Source of the DNA: Candidatus Poribacteria bacterium
GTDB lineage: Bacteria > Poribacteria > WGA-4E > WGA-3G
NCBI GenBank assembly: GCA_965214095.1
Contig: OZ243938.1
Span: forward strand, 2,048,001 to 2,112,000
Length of the DNA: 64,000 nucleotides
Reading direction: 5' to 3'
Part shown: positions 39,271 through 49,745 of the stretch, in pieces
Layout of the letters: every line of letters starts with the position of its first letter
Numbering within the stretch: the first letter of the stretch is position 1
The notes under the pieces: generated by a model
The model's input: the letters and a program-made list of their open reading frames with translations, nothing else
What the model was told of the DNA's origin: nothing
The model's database searches: none
Program-made: the position numbers and the translations under genes

Positions 39271-39918
39271 ATGTCAGAAAATAGAGTAATAAGATTTAGA
39301 ACAACTTTCCTTCTATTGATAGGTATGCTATCATTTATCTTGAGTTGTGGAGATTTGAGTGATGAGGAAACTAAAGACCGCCTTCGTTTTGCTGAGTTTT
39401 TCTTCTTTCCCACCGCACCTTATATAGATAAATCATACATAGAAGAAGTTCCTGCTGATGAAGTAGCATCTTTGAAAATTGACTATGACGTTGAAATAGA
39501 AGCAATTCAAAATGTGTATAAAACATTTATAGATTCCTATGTTGCAAAGGACATGGATTCCCTGTCTGCGACATTTGATAGAGCATCAAGCATGGAATAT
39601 GGCACTACTACGGGTATAGTGTATGGATGGAGTAACATTAGAAGTTATATTCAAGCTAACTGGTCCGGTGAGTGGGCTGCAGACTGTAAAAGTGATCCAA
39701 ATTGGAAACTGACAGATTTTCATTACCGAGCTAAGAATGTGAAATACAACTATGCAGAAATGAGTGCCAAGGGACCAATGTTTTACTACTTAGTAGATAG
39801 GGCTATTTGTTTTAACGAAATTGGGACATATTATTTGACTAAAAAGTCTGGCGAATGGCGTATTCATCAGATAGATGGATCACTATATTTTGCAGACTCA
39901 GAATATAAAGTTCCTTGA
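39271..39918 (+). CDS. Putative lipoprotein, NTF2/SnoaL-like
   Basis: LSC lipobox; helix followed by YLTK..GEWRI. Confidence 0.6.
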   Translation: MSENRVIRFRTTFLLLIGMLSFILSCGDLSDEETKDRLRFAEFFFFPTAPYIDKSYIEEVPADEVASLKIDYDVEIEAIQNVYKTFIDSYVAKDMDSLSATFDRASSMEYGTTTGIVYGWSNIRSYIQANWSGEWAADCKSDPNWKLTDFHYRAKNVKYNYAEMSAKGPMFYYLVDRAICFNEIGTYYLTKKSGEWRIHQIDGSLYFADSEYKVP

Positions 39919-40064
39919 CACCAACTATGGTAAATGATTGAATTAAGTCTACACATTGATCCGGCGAGGTTAGGAAACCTCGCCTACCGTTGATAGAAAG
40001 CGTAGATATAATTATATGCTTCACCATAAAGATATTACAACATAATCAACAATTATGAGGAAAT

Positions 40065-41417
40065 ATGCCAAAACCAACAGATATTCGTATCCTTGACGTT
40101 GCATATAACTTTGAAGAACACCAGTACCGGACTCCGCTAAAATTTGGTGGTGTGCCAACTGACCACTGTATCCTATTTAACGTGCAAATTCTGGTCCAAA
40201 CGCGTGATGGCAAAGAAGCAGTAGGCAACGGGTCTACGCCCTTGGGAAATGTGTGGGCATTTCCACCGCGCTATGTACCTTTTGAACAAAGTCTCGCTGC
40301 GATGAAGCATCTCGCTGAATTGGCAATTGATTTGACACGAGATTGTGCACACTATGCACATCCACTTGAACTCTCTGATGTACTTGAACCTGAATTTTTA
40401 CAGGTATCGAGAGAGTTATCGCAAACGATGCAGTTAGAAACTCCAATACCGAAACTCTGCACTGAGGTCACAACAAGTCCAATTGATGCGGCAATTCATG
40501 ATGCATTCGGGAAGGCGAACGGTATCAATAGTTACAACGGATTAGACGAAGATTATATACAATCGGATCTATCCCGTTTCCTGGATTCTGGTTTTGCGGG
40601 AAAGTATCTTGACCAATATACCACACGTCATCCGAAACCCAATATGCCACTTTATCACCTTATCGGTGCATTAGATCCACTCACCGATCAAGACATCGTT
40701 GAACGTCTTAACGATGGACTTCCAGAGACATTACCTGAATGGATTATGGCTGACGGGTTGACACATCTCAAGATAAAACTGAATGGCGATGATTTAGAGT
40801 GGGATATCGCGCGTGTTCTCGCGATTGACCAAATCACTGCTGAAACGCAAGCACACCGAGGTGTTAGTTCTTGGCATTATTCTGCAGATTTCAATGAAAC
40901 CTGCCAAAATGTGGATTATCTGTTAGAGTTTCTCAATCGGATTCAGGAAGGTGCTGGACAAGCATTTGAGCGGCTTGCCTATATTGAACAACCGACTGAC
41001 AGAGACCTCAAAGCACACCCGGAAAACAAAATGCACAAGGCTGCCAAGATAAAACCGGTAGTGATTGACGAGTCCTTGACAGACTTTGAAACCTTGTTAT
41101 TAGCTCGCGAACAGGGTTATTCTGGTGTTGCGCTCAAGGCGTGTAAAGGTCAGTCGCAAGCGTTGTTGATGGGGGCGGCTGCGCAGGAATACGGTATGTT
41201 CCTTGCAGTACAGGATTTGACATGTCCTGGCGCATCGTTCTTACATTCTGCTGGACTCGCTGCGCGTATTCGGGGTGTGACTGCTATTGAAGGGAATGCC
41301 CGTCAATTTTGTCCAAGTGCAAATGATGGTTGGCGAGAGGAATATCCGGAAATTTTTGAAATTATTGATGGTACTGTCGGGACACAGATTCTTACCGGTC
41401 CTGGACTTGGGTATTGA
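40065..41417 (+). CDS. Mandelate racemase/enolase-superfamily protein
   Basis: KIK, DFNE, IEQP, IDES, ALK motifs. Confidence 0.85.
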   Translation: MPKPTDIRILDVAYNFEEHQYRTPLKFGGVPTDHCILFNVQILVQTRDGKEAVGNGSTPLGNVWAFPPRYVPFEQSLAAMKHLAELAIDLTRDCAHYAHPLELSDVLEPEFLQVSRELSQTMQLETPIPKLCTEVTTSPIDAAIHDAFGKANGINSYNGLDEDYIQSDLSRFLDSGFAGKYLDQYTTRHPKPNMPLYHLIGALDPLTDQDIVERLNDGLPETLPEWIMADGLTHLKIKLNGDDLEWDIARVLAIDQITAETQAHRGVSSWHYSADFNETCQNVDYLLEFLNRIQEGAGQAFERLAYIEQPTDRDLKAHPENKMHKAAKIKPVVIDESLTDFETLLLAREQGYSGVALKACKGQSQALLMGAAAQEYGMFLAVQDLTCPGASFLHSAGLAARIRGVTAIEGNARQFCPSANDGWREEYPEIFEIIDGTVGTQILTGPGLGY

Positions 41418-41518
41418 CAATGAATCAAAAACAAGTTTGGCATTACCGACACTTGAAAACATTAGCATGAAGCAGAGGAAAGTAAAAGTTTACGCATTTT
41501 GGTTCTCCTTCAAGAAAC

Positions 41519-41869
41519 TTATGAGATGTTTTCTGAATTACTTTGTGCGTTGGTTTCTGGTTCTGTGACTGAGATATTCGTGACAATATTCCTTTGTTCT
41601 GGATGGCGCACTGGAAAATCCGTGATCACTTCATTGATTAAATCTTGTATTATCTTTTTCACATTATCAAACGGGATGCACTCTAAAACGATATTGGCGC
41701 GATGTTTGGACGGTGCTATATTATATTTCAATCCGTACTGTATACCGAGAGACATTAACTCTGGTTCAACGTTGATTGAAATCTGTCTGCATTCCTGTTC
41801 GGTAATGTAATAACTATCAACAATGAAATGCGTGTGAATCCATGCTTCTTTTTCTTCAATGATCTTCAT
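41519..41869 (-). CDS. Hypothetical protein
   Basis: 116-aa ORF co-oriented with the upstream gene. Confidence 0.55.
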   Translation of the reverse strand: MKIIEEKEAWIHTHFIVDSYYITEQECRQISINVEPELMSLGIQYGLKYNIAPSKHRANIVLECIPFDNVKKIIQDLINEVITDFPVRHPEQRNIVTNISVTEPETNAQSNSENIS

Positions 41870-41937
41870 ATTTACATTTTAGCATGAACAATGGTTGGAG
41901 TCAACGATTCTGAGGTTAGATTACAAGATTTTCAGGT

Positions 41938-42819
41938 CTATTTTTCTATTCCTGGACGTGGGAGTACAACACGAAAACCGATGGTCCGTGTTGAATCCAA
42001 CGGATAGAAGGGAGACCGTAAAGCTGAACGCAGGAATGTACTACCGACATCCCATGCACCGCCACGAATTATGCGGACTCGTAACACGTCACGGAAACGT
42101 AGATTCAGCGGATTACGCTGCAGTTTTTTTTTGCTCTGCTGATAAAATGTAGGGTTATACTCATCAAGACACCATTCCCATACATTTCCAGCAAGGTCTG
42201 CAATGCCATTGGGTGATGATCCATTTGAAAATTGTCCGACAGGCGTAGGATGGTTGTGTTGACGTGCGAAATTTGCATGGTGTCGTGCTTTTGGTGGGTG
42301 GTTGCCCCACGGATATTTTCGTCCTTCTGTGCCTCGTGCTGCGCGTTCCCATTGTGCCTCAGTTGGCAAACTTCCACCGATCCATTCCGCAAATGCTTGT
42401 GCATCAAACCATGTGACACCAACAACAGGTTGTGTATCTGCATTGAAGTTACCATCTTTCCAAATTTCTTCGCCTTGTTGTCCACGAGGCGTGGGACGGT
42501 TCGTTGCTTCAATAAAAGCGCGATATTGTGCATTTGTGATTTCGTATCGGGAAATTTGGTATTCGGAGAGATAGACTTCGTGTTGTGGGACTTCAGTGTC
42601 AAAGGTATATTTTTCAAGCAGAGAACTTCTTAGCTTAGCTTGTGTATAGGCTGCTTCTGCTTCCTTTGGAGTTGATCCCATTAGGAATTCACCTGCGGGA
42701 ATAGTTATCCATTCTATTGTTGCGAGTGTTTTTTCAGCGGTTGGACTAATTTCGGCAGTAACAGAGCTCATACAATGGCAAAGAAGAAATACCAGCATCG
42801 TAAGACAGAGGCATCGCAT
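41938..42819 (-). CDS. Exported FGE-sulfatase (SUMF1-like) domain protein
   Basis: F.MGS, LPTEAQWERAARG, AGNVWEW, RGGAW, GFRVV; lacks the catalytic Cys pair. Confidence 0.9.
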   Translation of the reverse strand: MRCLCLTMLVFLLCHCMSSVTAEISPTAEKTLATIEWITIPAGEFLMGSTPKEAEAAYTQAKLRSSLLEKYTFDTEVPQHEVYLSEYQISRYEITNAQYRAFIEATNRPTPRGQQGEEIWKDGNFNADTQPVVGVTWFDAQAFAEWIGGSLPTEAQWERAARGTEGRKYPWGNHPPKARHHANFARQHNHPTPVGQFSNGSSPNGIADLAGNVWEWCLDEYNPTFYQQSKKKLQRNPLNLRFRDVLRVRIIRGGAWDVGSTFLRSALRSPFYPLDSTRTIGFRVVLPRPGIEK

Positions 42820-42978
42820 ACCCTAAAATATCCTTTATTTTTTGGTGATTTCTCATCAAAGTTGAATTTCTTAAAGAACAGTTCAATTTTCTGTAATAAA
42901 ATTTATGCATTAACATTGATTTAATGTAAGTATATTATCACGTTTACAGAGAAGTGTCAATTGCTCTTAATGTGAGTC

Positions 42979-43201
42979 CAGGGTTATTTAGTTTTAATAA
43001 ATTATCAACATCAGGATTTACTGAAAGTTAATACTCAAAGCGGTAGGTGCGGTTTCCTAACCGCACTAAAACCTGTGAGAAGACCTATTATGAAAGGTAT
43101 TTGACACAAATCCGGTGCGGTTAGGAAACCGCACCTACCGGCTTGGGGAATTTAAATTTGTGAAATAATACATAAGAAAAACTTAAAACTAAATAACCCT
43201 G
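42979..43201. mobile_element. CAGGG-ended MITE with 9-bp TSD and REP doublet
   Basis: TIR CAGGGTTATTTAGTTTTAA; ATGTGAGTC at 42970-42978 and 43202-43210; hairpins at 43042 and 43114. Confidence 0.9.
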
Positions 43202-43209
43202 ATGTGAGT

Positions 43210-43547
43210 CAGGTGCTGTTTAGTTTTGAGAATTTGTAATTATTGATATTAACTTTTTGTTAAGTCCCTGCATCGGTTTCATCACTGAATTTATTGGATA
43301 TATTGATTCTTGTCTGAACCAGGATTTGCAGGATGGACAGATTTCCAGGATAAGAGTCTGAAACATCAAAGTGCCAGTCAGAGAATAAACGTCAAACTGC
43401 GAATAGGAACTATGGAGAGCCAAACTCATAATCCTGAAAATCTACTAATCCTGCAAATCCTGGTTCAGACAAAGAGGAATACAAACCTATAATAAATTTA
43501 ACGTTTGTGAATAATATTGAACAAAAATCCTCAAACTAAATACCCCT
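43210..43547. mobile_element. Degenerate related MITE with long internal inverted repeat (43310-43472)
   Basis: TTTAGTTTTGAGAATTT / AAAATCCTCAAACTAAATACCCCT ends; internal TTGTCTGAACCAGGATTTGCAGGAT perfect inverted pair; no clear TSD. Confidence 0.55.
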
Positions 43548-43617
43548 AACAAAACAGTGGTTTTATTCACAGAATTCGTGTAAAATCTTAGGATACATTA
43601 AACGAAAGGAAAAAATA

Positions 43618-45534
43618 ATGAGACATTTTTTAATTTGTGTTGGATTACTAATTATTACTACAACAGTCCTTGCACAAGGAATAACCTTAACATCAATAGA
43701 CTATCGTAAAGATATGTTATTGGCAAATGAACCAAAAATAACAGGATTTGAAGGTGCATCAGCGATAATTGAGTTTGAAACATTGATTGATACCCCTGCA
43801 GCGGTTGCATATTACGGTGTTCCACATACCGAAGGGAACTTGACTACGCCAAGATACCGTAAAGCAGTGAAAGGTATACACATTGATGACAACAAAACGA
43901 AACATCGTATTGCACTGGATATATCAAAACTTGAGGATGTGCATTATGATACAGGTTTGATTGCTAATAATGGTGGTACAATAGTCTATCGTATTGAGGT
44001 GTTTGATCCACGTATACAGACAGCACGAGCTTATGATAGGCGATTGCGTTACGAAAGGGATGGCGAACCTAAAACAGGTAAATATACATCGCTTGTGACT
44101 TTGACAGAAGGTCCGTTTGTGGATCTTGTAACACACAATTCTGCAGTTATTTCTTGGGAGACAAATATTCCAACAAAGGGGTCTGTTCTGTCTGCAAATA
44201 GGGAATTTCTTTCATTACAACCTTCTGTTCGGCATGAAGTCAAACTCACGAAGCTAAAACCGAATACAGTCTATACCTATCAAGTCAATTACGACATCTA
44301 TACACCAAAGTATACATTTAAAACAGCCCCTGACATAGGTACACGGACAAGTATTAAGTTCGGATTTATGTCTGATTCACGTGCTGGTGTAGGTGGTGGA
44401 GAACGTGCGCAAAACGGTGTCAATGCTAAAGACCTCGCTCGGTTCGCAATAGAACTCTATAATAAGAAAGCAGATTTTGTATGTTTCGGTGGTGACCTTA
44501 TCAACGGTTATACCTCTGACCCCAAAGACTATGAGTGGCAGTTGGAAACATGGAAACGAACCATCCAACCAGTTGCTGCAAATATTCCATTCTATGAATC
44601 AATGGGTAATCATGAACAGGTCGGTTCGTATTACAAGATGACTGCACCGCATTTACCACGGGACGAATACTATATCCCATTCACTGGTACAGTTGGAGAA
44701 GATAGTGCAGAGGCGATTTTCGCAAAAGAATTTGTCAATCCTAAAGGAAGTCGATATGAGTTAGGAATTCCAAATCCAGAGACAAAAGGTAGCAAAGAAA
44801 TGGAGGGTGCTAATGTTGGTCCCTCATACAGTGAAAATGTCTATTCATTCATTTACGGTAGGATCCATTTCATTTCTCTGAATACCAATTATTGGGGAAC
44901 AGGTTATAGGAATATAAGCGATTTTGGCCAGAAATCTCAGGATAAAACTGCGATAAACCTTGCCCTAAAACATCTCGGTGGTAATAGGGAAGGATATGTA
45001 ATGCGTAATCAGATGGCATGGTTGAAAAACGAGTTGGATGCAGCACAAAAAGACATCAGTGTTGATTGGGTGTTCATCATACTTCACGAACCGCCTTTCC
45101 CGAATGGTGGACATGTCAAGGATGCGATGTATTGGGGTACACCCGGTGAAGGTGGAACTGGTGGATACAACGATAAAAACGTGCCTCTGGGTAATGTGCT
45201 TGATATGCGAAACGAATTTTGGAAGATAGTTTCAAGCAAATCAAAAGTGTTAGCAGTGCTTTGCGGTGATGAACATAATTACAGTCGCACTTTAATCGAT
45301 TCATCTGTCCATCCAGATTTTAGGTTTCCCGTTTGGCAGATAATAAGTGGTGGTTGTGGTGCACCATATTATGTGCAAGACAAGTCGGTGCCTTGGGTTG
45401 ATAAGGTAAAAGCATTTACTATTGATAAACATTTCTGTTTATTTTCTATAGAAGGTAGTCAGGTCGGGTTGGAAGTCTACAACGACAGCAACCAGCTCTT
45501 AGATAGCATTGACAACCTAACAACAATTCGATAG
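43618..45534 (+). CDS. Exported purple-acid-phosphatase-like metallophosphoesterase with FN3 domain
   Basis: SDSR, GGDL, GNHE, HEP, GDEHNYSR; adjacent to pstS. Confidence 0.85.
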   Translation: MRHFLICVGLLIITTTVLAQGITLTSIDYRKDMLLANEPKITGFEGASAIIEFETLIDTPAAVAYYGVPHTEGNLTTPRYRKAVKGIHIDDNKTKHRIALDISKLEDVHYDTGLIANNGGTIVYRIEVFDPRIQTARAYDRRLRYERDGEPKTGKYTSLVTLTEGPFVDLVTHNSAVISWETNIPTKGSVLSANREFLSLQPSVRHEVKLTKLKPNTVYTYQVNYDIYTPKYTFKTAPDIGTRTSIKFGFMSDSRAGVGGGERAQNGVNAKDLARFAIELYNKKADFVCFGGDLINGYTSDPKDYEWQLETWKRTIQPVAANIPFYESMGNHEQVGSYYKMTAPHLPRDEYYIPFTGTVGEDSAEAIFAKEFVNPKGSRYELGIPNPETKGSKEMEGANVGPSYSENVYSFIYGRIHFISLNTNYWGTGYRNISDFGQKSQDKTAINLALKHLGGNREGYVMRNQMAWLKNELDAAQKDISVDWVFIILHEPPFPNGGHVKDAMYWGTPGEGGTGGYNDKNVPLGNVLDMRNEFWKIVSSKSKVLAVLCGDEHNYSRTLIDSSVHPDFRFPVWQIISGGCGAPYYVQDKSVPWVDKVKAFTIDKHFCLFSIEGSQVGLEVYNDSNQLLDSIDNLTTIR

Positions 45535-45547
45535 TCGTACCCCAATC

Positions 45548-45652
45548 TATATATTGAATTATAAATATAAGTTGACACTTTCGTCCCATGGTAGGCGAGG
45601 TTTCCTAACCTCGCCTATGCAGAGTGTTCAAGTAATTTCAATATCCACTATA
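45548..45652. mobile_element. TATA-ended Correia-like MITE with REP hairpin
   Basis: Ends ...ATATCCACTATA; similar inverted copy at 59063-59165. Confidence 0.8.
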
Positions 45653-45681
45653 ACACGACATGACAAAAATTATACCCAGTT

Positions 45682-45715
45682 TTGTCTTATTTTCGTAACA
45701 TTTCATTGCTATAAT
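45682..45715 (+). promoter_or_regulatory. Possible Pho box plus -10 element upstream of pstS
   Basis: TTGTCTT-ATTT-TCGTAAC (11-bp period), 10 bp before TATAAT. Confidence 0.45.
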
Positions 45716-45747
45716 TCTTGCATAAGTTTATGAAAAGGATTATTTAC

Positions 45748-46659
45748 ATGCAATACAGAGGACTGGTCATTTATGTTACTTTAAGTATACTTGTCTTTTC
45801 AATATACGGTTTTGTCATCCGAGATGGTTCATCTGATAAGCAGCAGGGGGAAGAATCGGGACAATCCATCATCAAGAATAAAGGTTCCGATACTATGGTC
45901 AATTTGGCACAGGCTTGGGCTGAAACATATTCTGGCATTTCAGACACAGTTTCTGTAGAAGTATCAGGGGGTGGTTCAGGAACAGGTGTTGCTGCATTGA
46001 TCAATGGTACAGTCGATATTGCAAACTGCAGCCGCCAGATAAAACCCAAAGAGAAGGAAGAGGCAGAGAAAAACACTGGTAAAGAACCGATTGAGTTTAT
46101 TGTCGGTTATGATGCGCTTGCTGTTTATGTACATAAAGATAATCCTATTAACCGAATTACAATACCACAACTCGCCGAAATATATGGTGAGGATGGTAAG
46201 CTCACTAAATGGAATCAACTTAGAATTGCAAATGCGGGTTGCCGTAGTGATAAAATCATCCGAATCAGTCGACAGTCAAACTCAGGCACCTATTTTTATT
46301 TTAGGGAAGCACTTCTTGGCAAAGAACGAGATTTTGAGTCAGGATCGTTAGATTTACACGGTTCAAAAGATGTGGTGGAAGTCATCGGACGGACACTTTG
46401 TGCTATAGGGTATAGTGGTATGGGATATGCAACTGACCATGTGAAGATGTTAGAGGTAGCAACTGCATTAGATCAACCTTATTACTCCCCGAACCTTGAG
46501 AACGTTATTGCCAAAACATACCCAATTGCGCGTCCTTTATATATGTATTCTCTTGGTGAACCAACCGGTGAAGCAAAAGCTTACTTGGACTGGATTCTTT
46601 CAAATAAAGGACAAAAGATTGTTGAGGAACTTGGTTTTGTGCCATTAACAAGAAACTAA
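45748..46659 (+). CDS. pstS: Phosphate ABC transporter substrate-binding protein
   Basis: KGSDT, GGGSGTG, SR...SGT, YPIARPL. Confidence 0.93.
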   Translation: MQYRGLVIYVTLSILVFSIYGFVIRDGSSDKQQGEESGQSIIKNKGSDTMVNLAQAWAETYSGISDTVSVEVSGGGSGTGVAALINGTVDIANCSRQIKPKEKEEAEKNTGKEPIEFIVGYDALAVYVHKDNPINRITIPQLAEIYGEDGKLTKWNQLRIANAGCRSDKIIRISRQSNSGTYFYFREALLGKERDFESGSLDLHGSKDVVEVIGRTLCAIGYSGMGYATDHVKMLEVATALDQPYYSPNLENVIAKTYPIARPLYMYSLGEPTGEAKAYLDWILSNKGQKIVEELGFVPLTRN

Positions 46660-46676
46660 AGGGACCTCCTGTTTAG

Positions 46677-47954
46677 ATGAAGTTTATCCATATCTTATTC
46701 TCAATTAATGGACGTATCAATAGAGCCGGTTGGTGGTTACTGAATCTTCCGATATTTGTTATATTGGCAATATCCCTTACAACATTCGATTTTCCAGCAA
46801 CTTTATTATTTGAGCAAATACAGTTACTTATTCTCTTAGTCCTAGTTTGTGTACATAGTGCGGTATCAGCTAAACGTTGGCATGACAAAGACAAATCAAC
46901 GTGGTGGTTGCTGTTTCATATCATTCCGCTTATCTGTTCAATCTGTATATACGCAGCGAAACTGTCTTCAACATGGTGGGAGTTGATTCATGTCATCACA
47001 GTTATTAATTGTCTGTGGACATGCGTTGAATTGGGCATAATCAAAGGGACAGCAGGTGACAATCAATACGGACCTGACTCAGAAACCTCTTCGGAGTCTA
47101 TAATTGATGTCTATATCAGTATTTGCGGAATAAGTGCAATTCTCTTTGTTTTCGGAATATTCTTTTTTGTATTTAAAGAAGGGGCAGGCTTTCTCTTTGG
47201 TGAACTAAACATCTGGCAGTTTTTGTTCAGTGAAGAGTGGTATCCAACTTCTCTGAACAATAAAAGATACGGAACATTGGCGCTGATACTTGGCACTTTT
47301 AGTGTGACAGTATTAGCCATGCTGCTTGCTGTTCCGTTTGGACTCGGTGCGGCAATCTACGTATCCGAATTCTCTAGTCCCAAACTTAAAGAAACCTTCA
47401 AGATAGTCATTGAATTTCTCGCAGCAATCCCGTCTGTTGTTTGGGGTTTCATCGGTTTGACGTTGATGAATGAGATGATTATTAAGGTATTTAACGCACC
47501 CATTGGTTTAACGATGTTAAACGGTGGTATAATGCTGGCATTAATGAGTGTTCCGATCATCGTATCCATTGCTGAGGACGCATTAAAAGCGGTACCAGAT
47601 TCGTATAGAGAGGCTGCAGAAGCACTCGGAGCAACACGTTGGCAGGTGATTTTCCGTGTACTGCTACCTGCTGCGAAGAACGGATTATTGGCGGCAGTAT
47701 TACTCGGTGCTGCGCGTTCCATCGGTGAAACAATGGCAGTTTTGATGGCTACTGGACACTCTGTCAATATACCAGGTGGACCTCTTGCTTGGATACGCAC
47801 ACTCACTGCTACTATCGCCGCAGAATTAGGTGAAGTTGCAAGAGGTGGAGAACATTATCAGGTTCTATTTATTATCGGCATATTACTTTTTACCCTAACA
47901 TTTATCGTAAATCTCATCGCTGATTTAGTAATCAAAGGAATTCGTCAAAGTTAA
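46677..47954 (+). CDS. pstC: Phosphate ABC permease PstC with N-terminal DUF805 fusion
   Basis: GRINR..WW, KRWHD, GT.GDNQYGPD then LAAIPSVV.G, EAA.ALGAT, GETMAV. Confidence 0.9.
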   Translation: MKFIHILFSINGRINRAGWWLLNLPIFVILAISLTTFDFPATLLFEQIQLLILLVLVCVHSAVSAKRWHDKDKSTWWLLFHIIPLICSICIYAAKLSSTWWELIHVITVINCLWTCVELGIIKGTAGDNQYGPDSETSSESIIDVYISICGISAILFVFGIFFFVFKEGAGFLFGELNIWQFLFSEEWYPTSLNNKRYGTLALILGTFSVTVLAMLLAVPFGLGAAIYVSEFSSPKLKETFKIVIEFLAAIPSVVWGFIGLTLMNEMIIKVFNAPIGLTMLNGGIMLALMSVPIIVSIAEDALKAVPDSYREAAEALGATRWQVIFRVLLPAAKNGLLAAVLLGAARSIGETMAVLMATGHSVNIPGGPLAWIRTLTATIAAELGEVARGGEHYQVLFIIGILLFTLTFIVNLIADLVIKGIRQS

Positions 47955-47977
47955 TGGACACAACATCGTAGGAATAT

Positions 47978-48895
47978 ATGAATAGCAAGACAGAAATAGC
48001 TGCACAGGATATGTTTACTGAAACTGCAGTAGGCAAACAGAATAGATACACAGAGAATATAGTCAAAATATTCTTTCTCATCATGACTTGTCTGATGATT
48101 CTTCCGCTATTATTAATCATTGGATACCTTATCTATAAAGCATTACCTGTGCTATCTTTTGACTTTCTGTTATCAAACCCACAAGATAACATGCGTGCGG
48201 GAGGGATATGGGCACCGTTTCTCGGCACAATATATTTGGTAGTTGTCTCACTCTTGGCAGCAGCACCGATTGGTGTCTTCGCTGCGGTATACCTTAACGA
48301 ATATGCACGGGATAGTTGGTTCACTCGGATAGTTAATTTAGCAGTCGTGAACCTTGCAGGTGTGCCAAGTATTGTTCATGCGTTATTCGGCTTAGGTGCA
48401 TTTGTGTTGTTTGCTGGATTAGGTGAGTCAATCCTTGCTGCATCTCTAACCTTAGCAATTATGACGTTACCCGTGATTATTGCAAGTACAACGGAGGCAC
48501 TGAAAGCGGTCCCGATGTCATTCCGTGAGGCATGTTGGAATGTTGGGGCAACCCGTTGGCAAACGATCAGGCGTATTGTCCTGCCAAACTCTATCAGTGG
48601 CATTCTTACAGGCGTAATTTTACAAGTCTCGCGTGCAGCAGGTGAAACTGCACCGATTATGTTTACAGGGGCGGTATTCTATAAACCTATTGCAGAAGGT
48701 GACCTTTTAGCATATAATATATTTGACCAGTGTATGGCACTTTCATTACACCTCTATACGATTTCAACACAGGTGCCGGATGTAGCAGAGGGCATACCCT
48801 ACGGGACAGCTATTGTGCTGGTGGGAAGCGTTCTTCTGGTTAATGCCGCGTCAATTGTGTTACGGGTATATCTTAGGACGCGAAAGAAGTGGTAG
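47978..48895 (+). CDS. pstA: Phosphate ABC permease PstA
   Basis: YLNEY, LAGVPSIV, RAAGETAP. Confidence 0.93.
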   Translation: MNSKTEIAAQDMFTETAVGKQNRYTENIVKIFFLIMTCLMILPLLLIIGYLIYKALPVLSFDFLLSNPQDNMRAGGIWAPFLGTIYLVVVSLLAAAPIGVFAAVYLNEYARDSWFTRIVNLAVVNLAGVPSIVHALFGLGAFVLFAGLGESILAASLTLAIMTLPVIIASTTEALKAVPMSFREACWNVGATRWQTIRRIVLPNSISGILTGVILQVSRAAGETAPIMFTGAVFYKPIAEGDLLAYNIFDQCMALSLHLYTISTQVPDVAEGIPYGTAIVLVGSVLLVNAASIVLRVYLRTRKKW

Positions 48896-48986
48896 GCTTT
48901 AGGAATTTGAGGTACGGGTGTCATTTGCTGGCATCATCTACCTCAGCACTGAGGTCTGTTATCTCGCTAAAAAGACGTAAAATAGG

Positions 48987-49745
48987 ATGTTACCCATGTT
49001 GAATGATCTTAACGATGAATATACTGGTTTCAGAAAGAACATTTACGAAATAATTGAAGGACCTGTTGTAAGCGGAATTATCCAATTTTTGATACTTGCT
49101 TCTGCAGTAGCCTTTGTTCTTGAGACTGAATCTGCCTTTGATAAATATGAGACTTATTTTGTAATATTAGATTGGACTTTTTTAGCACTTTTTACAGTAG
49201 AATATATATTACGTGTCTATACCGCTCCTGATAGGAAAGCGTTTATATTCAGTTTCTTCGGCGTTGTTGATCTGCTCGCGATTTTACCGGCTCTCATGCT
49301 GATACCCGGGTTTCGTGTGCTACGTGTTCTCAGATTTTTACGGATTTTCAGAATCTTTAAAGCCACACGATTCGTTTTAGCAGTGGATAGAATGATTGAG
49401 GCATTAGCGGAAGTTAGAAGAGAGCTTCTGGCACTTGTGATTTTGTGCTCACTGTTTGTTTATTTAGCTGCATGTGGCATCTACGTTTTTGAAAAAGATG
49501 TTCAACCAGAGAAATTCGGCTCTATTCCTGATGCGATGTGGTGGGCAATCGTATCACTAACGACTATCGGATATGGTGATGTGTATCCCGTTTCAACTGG
49601 TGGCAAAATCTTTACTGCATTAGTTGCTTTAGTCGGTGTAGGACTTATTGCTATTCCATCTGGATTGTTAGCATCTGTTCTAACTGAAGCGAGGGTTGAA
49701 GAAGAAATGCAAGACGAGGAGAATGGTGAAAAAGATGAAAAATAA
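48987..49745 (+). CDS. 6-TM voltage-gated-type potassium channel
   Basis: S4 RVLRVLRFLRIFR, filter TTIGYGD. Confidence 0.9.
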   Translation: MLPMLNDLNDEYTGFRKNIYEIIEGPVVSGIIQFLILASAVAFVLETESAFDKYETYFVILDWTFLALFTVEYILRVYTAPDRKAFIFSFFGVVDLLAILPALMLIPGFRVLRVLRFLRIFRIFKATRFVLAVDRMIEALAEVRRELLALVILCSLFVYLAACGIYVFEKDVQPEKFGSIPDAMWWAIVSLTTIGYGDVYPVSTGGKIFTALVALVGVGLIAIPSGLLASVLTEARVEEEMQDEENGEKDEK

